A model generated the notes under the pieces. It searched no databases and had not been told where the DNA came from. It was given only the letters and a program-made list of their open reading frames with translations. From Cyanobacterium sp. uoEpiScrs1 (lineage in GTDB: Bacteria > Cyanobacteriota > Cyanobacteriia > Cyanobacteriales > Microcystaceae), in assembly GCF_947331815.1 (NCBI RefSeq), contig NZ_OX373462.1, positions 513,376 to 545,375 on the forward strand: a stretch of DNA of 32,000 bases, written 5' to 3'. Position numbers and translations under genes: made by a program. Below, one piece after another: positions 31,335-32,000 of the stretch. Each line of letters starts with the position of its first letter. Position 1 is the first letter of the stretch.

Positions 31335-32000
31335 TTAAACTTACACTGTAAAAATAAACGGCATTTACCTATGCTATTGACACATTTTTTTTACTGTTAT
31401 GTTTATCCCCACTTGGAATTAAGTTGTTAGTTATTTGTATCACTTTTAGTTCTAGCCTAATAGAGGACTCTCTATAAATAAAAATAACCTTAAGCTAAAA
31501 TTTTACAGACAATTTTTTTGTTGTTTTAGATTCCAGCTTACTTTAAGAGGTACTGTTTAAATCTTTCTCTAAGCTAACGTAATCTATCGTAATAGTTTCT
31601 CGAATTTTTATATAAATAATCTAAGATTTTTTGTTGATATTTTGAGAACTAATAATTTTTATCAAGTTAAATCGGTTGTATATATAGCTCAAAACAAAAT
31701 TATTATCATTTTTTGCTTTATGTTTAGTTATTTAAAAATAACTAGTCAGACTTGAATAGAGACAAGTAGGATAGAGACGCAGATAACTCATATAAAAATC
31801 ATTTACTACCAAATTTAGGAAGTCATTAGTTACAGCTTGATCTAATTAGGTTATTTTTTCATTAATTTAGAGAGATATCTTTTGTTTTAGTCACTAAGAT
31901 AAAATAAATGTTTTTCGGATGACTATAACGCCATAGGTTAAGACATAATTCTTTCTGGCTAAGGGATTAGATTAGTGTAATTATAGTAAATAACTCCCTT

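Noticed and set aside
1-32000. CRISPR array, toxin-antitoxin, restriction or phage defence locus
   Set aside because: No regularly spaced direct repeats and none of the supported ORFs carry Cas, nuclease, methyltransferase or toxin family motifs relevant to defence.

Overview
This 32 kb window is AT-rich and has low coding density: I estimate roughly 62% coding, with several 0.8-1.7 kb gaps that hold no convincing gene. The proteins read as a unicellular, Cyanothece/Crocosphaera-like cyanobacterium. The combination of gene content, low GC and eroded spacers resembles a reduced or reducing genome such as a UCYN-A or diatom spheroid-body relative, but that placement is an inference.

Supported genes:
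- minus strand: eda-like aldolase, hypD, rpsD, rsmI
- plus strand: PfkB kinase, small secreted protein
- minus strand: mnmA
- plus strand: ndhB, purC, bamA/Omp85, lpxC, 2Fe-2S ferredoxin, suhB-like phosphatase, hisZ, hisF
- minus strand: gatD-like amidotransferase
- minus-strand cluster: metG, NYN/LabA-like, lptC-like, atypical OmpR-family response regulator, DUF192

I saw no tRNA, rRNA, CRISPR array, intact transposase or defence system, and I cannot honestly point to a clear new multi-gene system.

The most interesting signals are in the spacers: two long perfect hairpins (19 bp and 21 bp stems), a cluster of stem-loops downstream of hisF, a structured leader before ndhB, an inverted-repeat-bounded element before lpxC, and a probable decayed group II intron fragment abutting the DUF192 gene. 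In the coding regions, the response regulator has a degenerate phospho-receiver domain.
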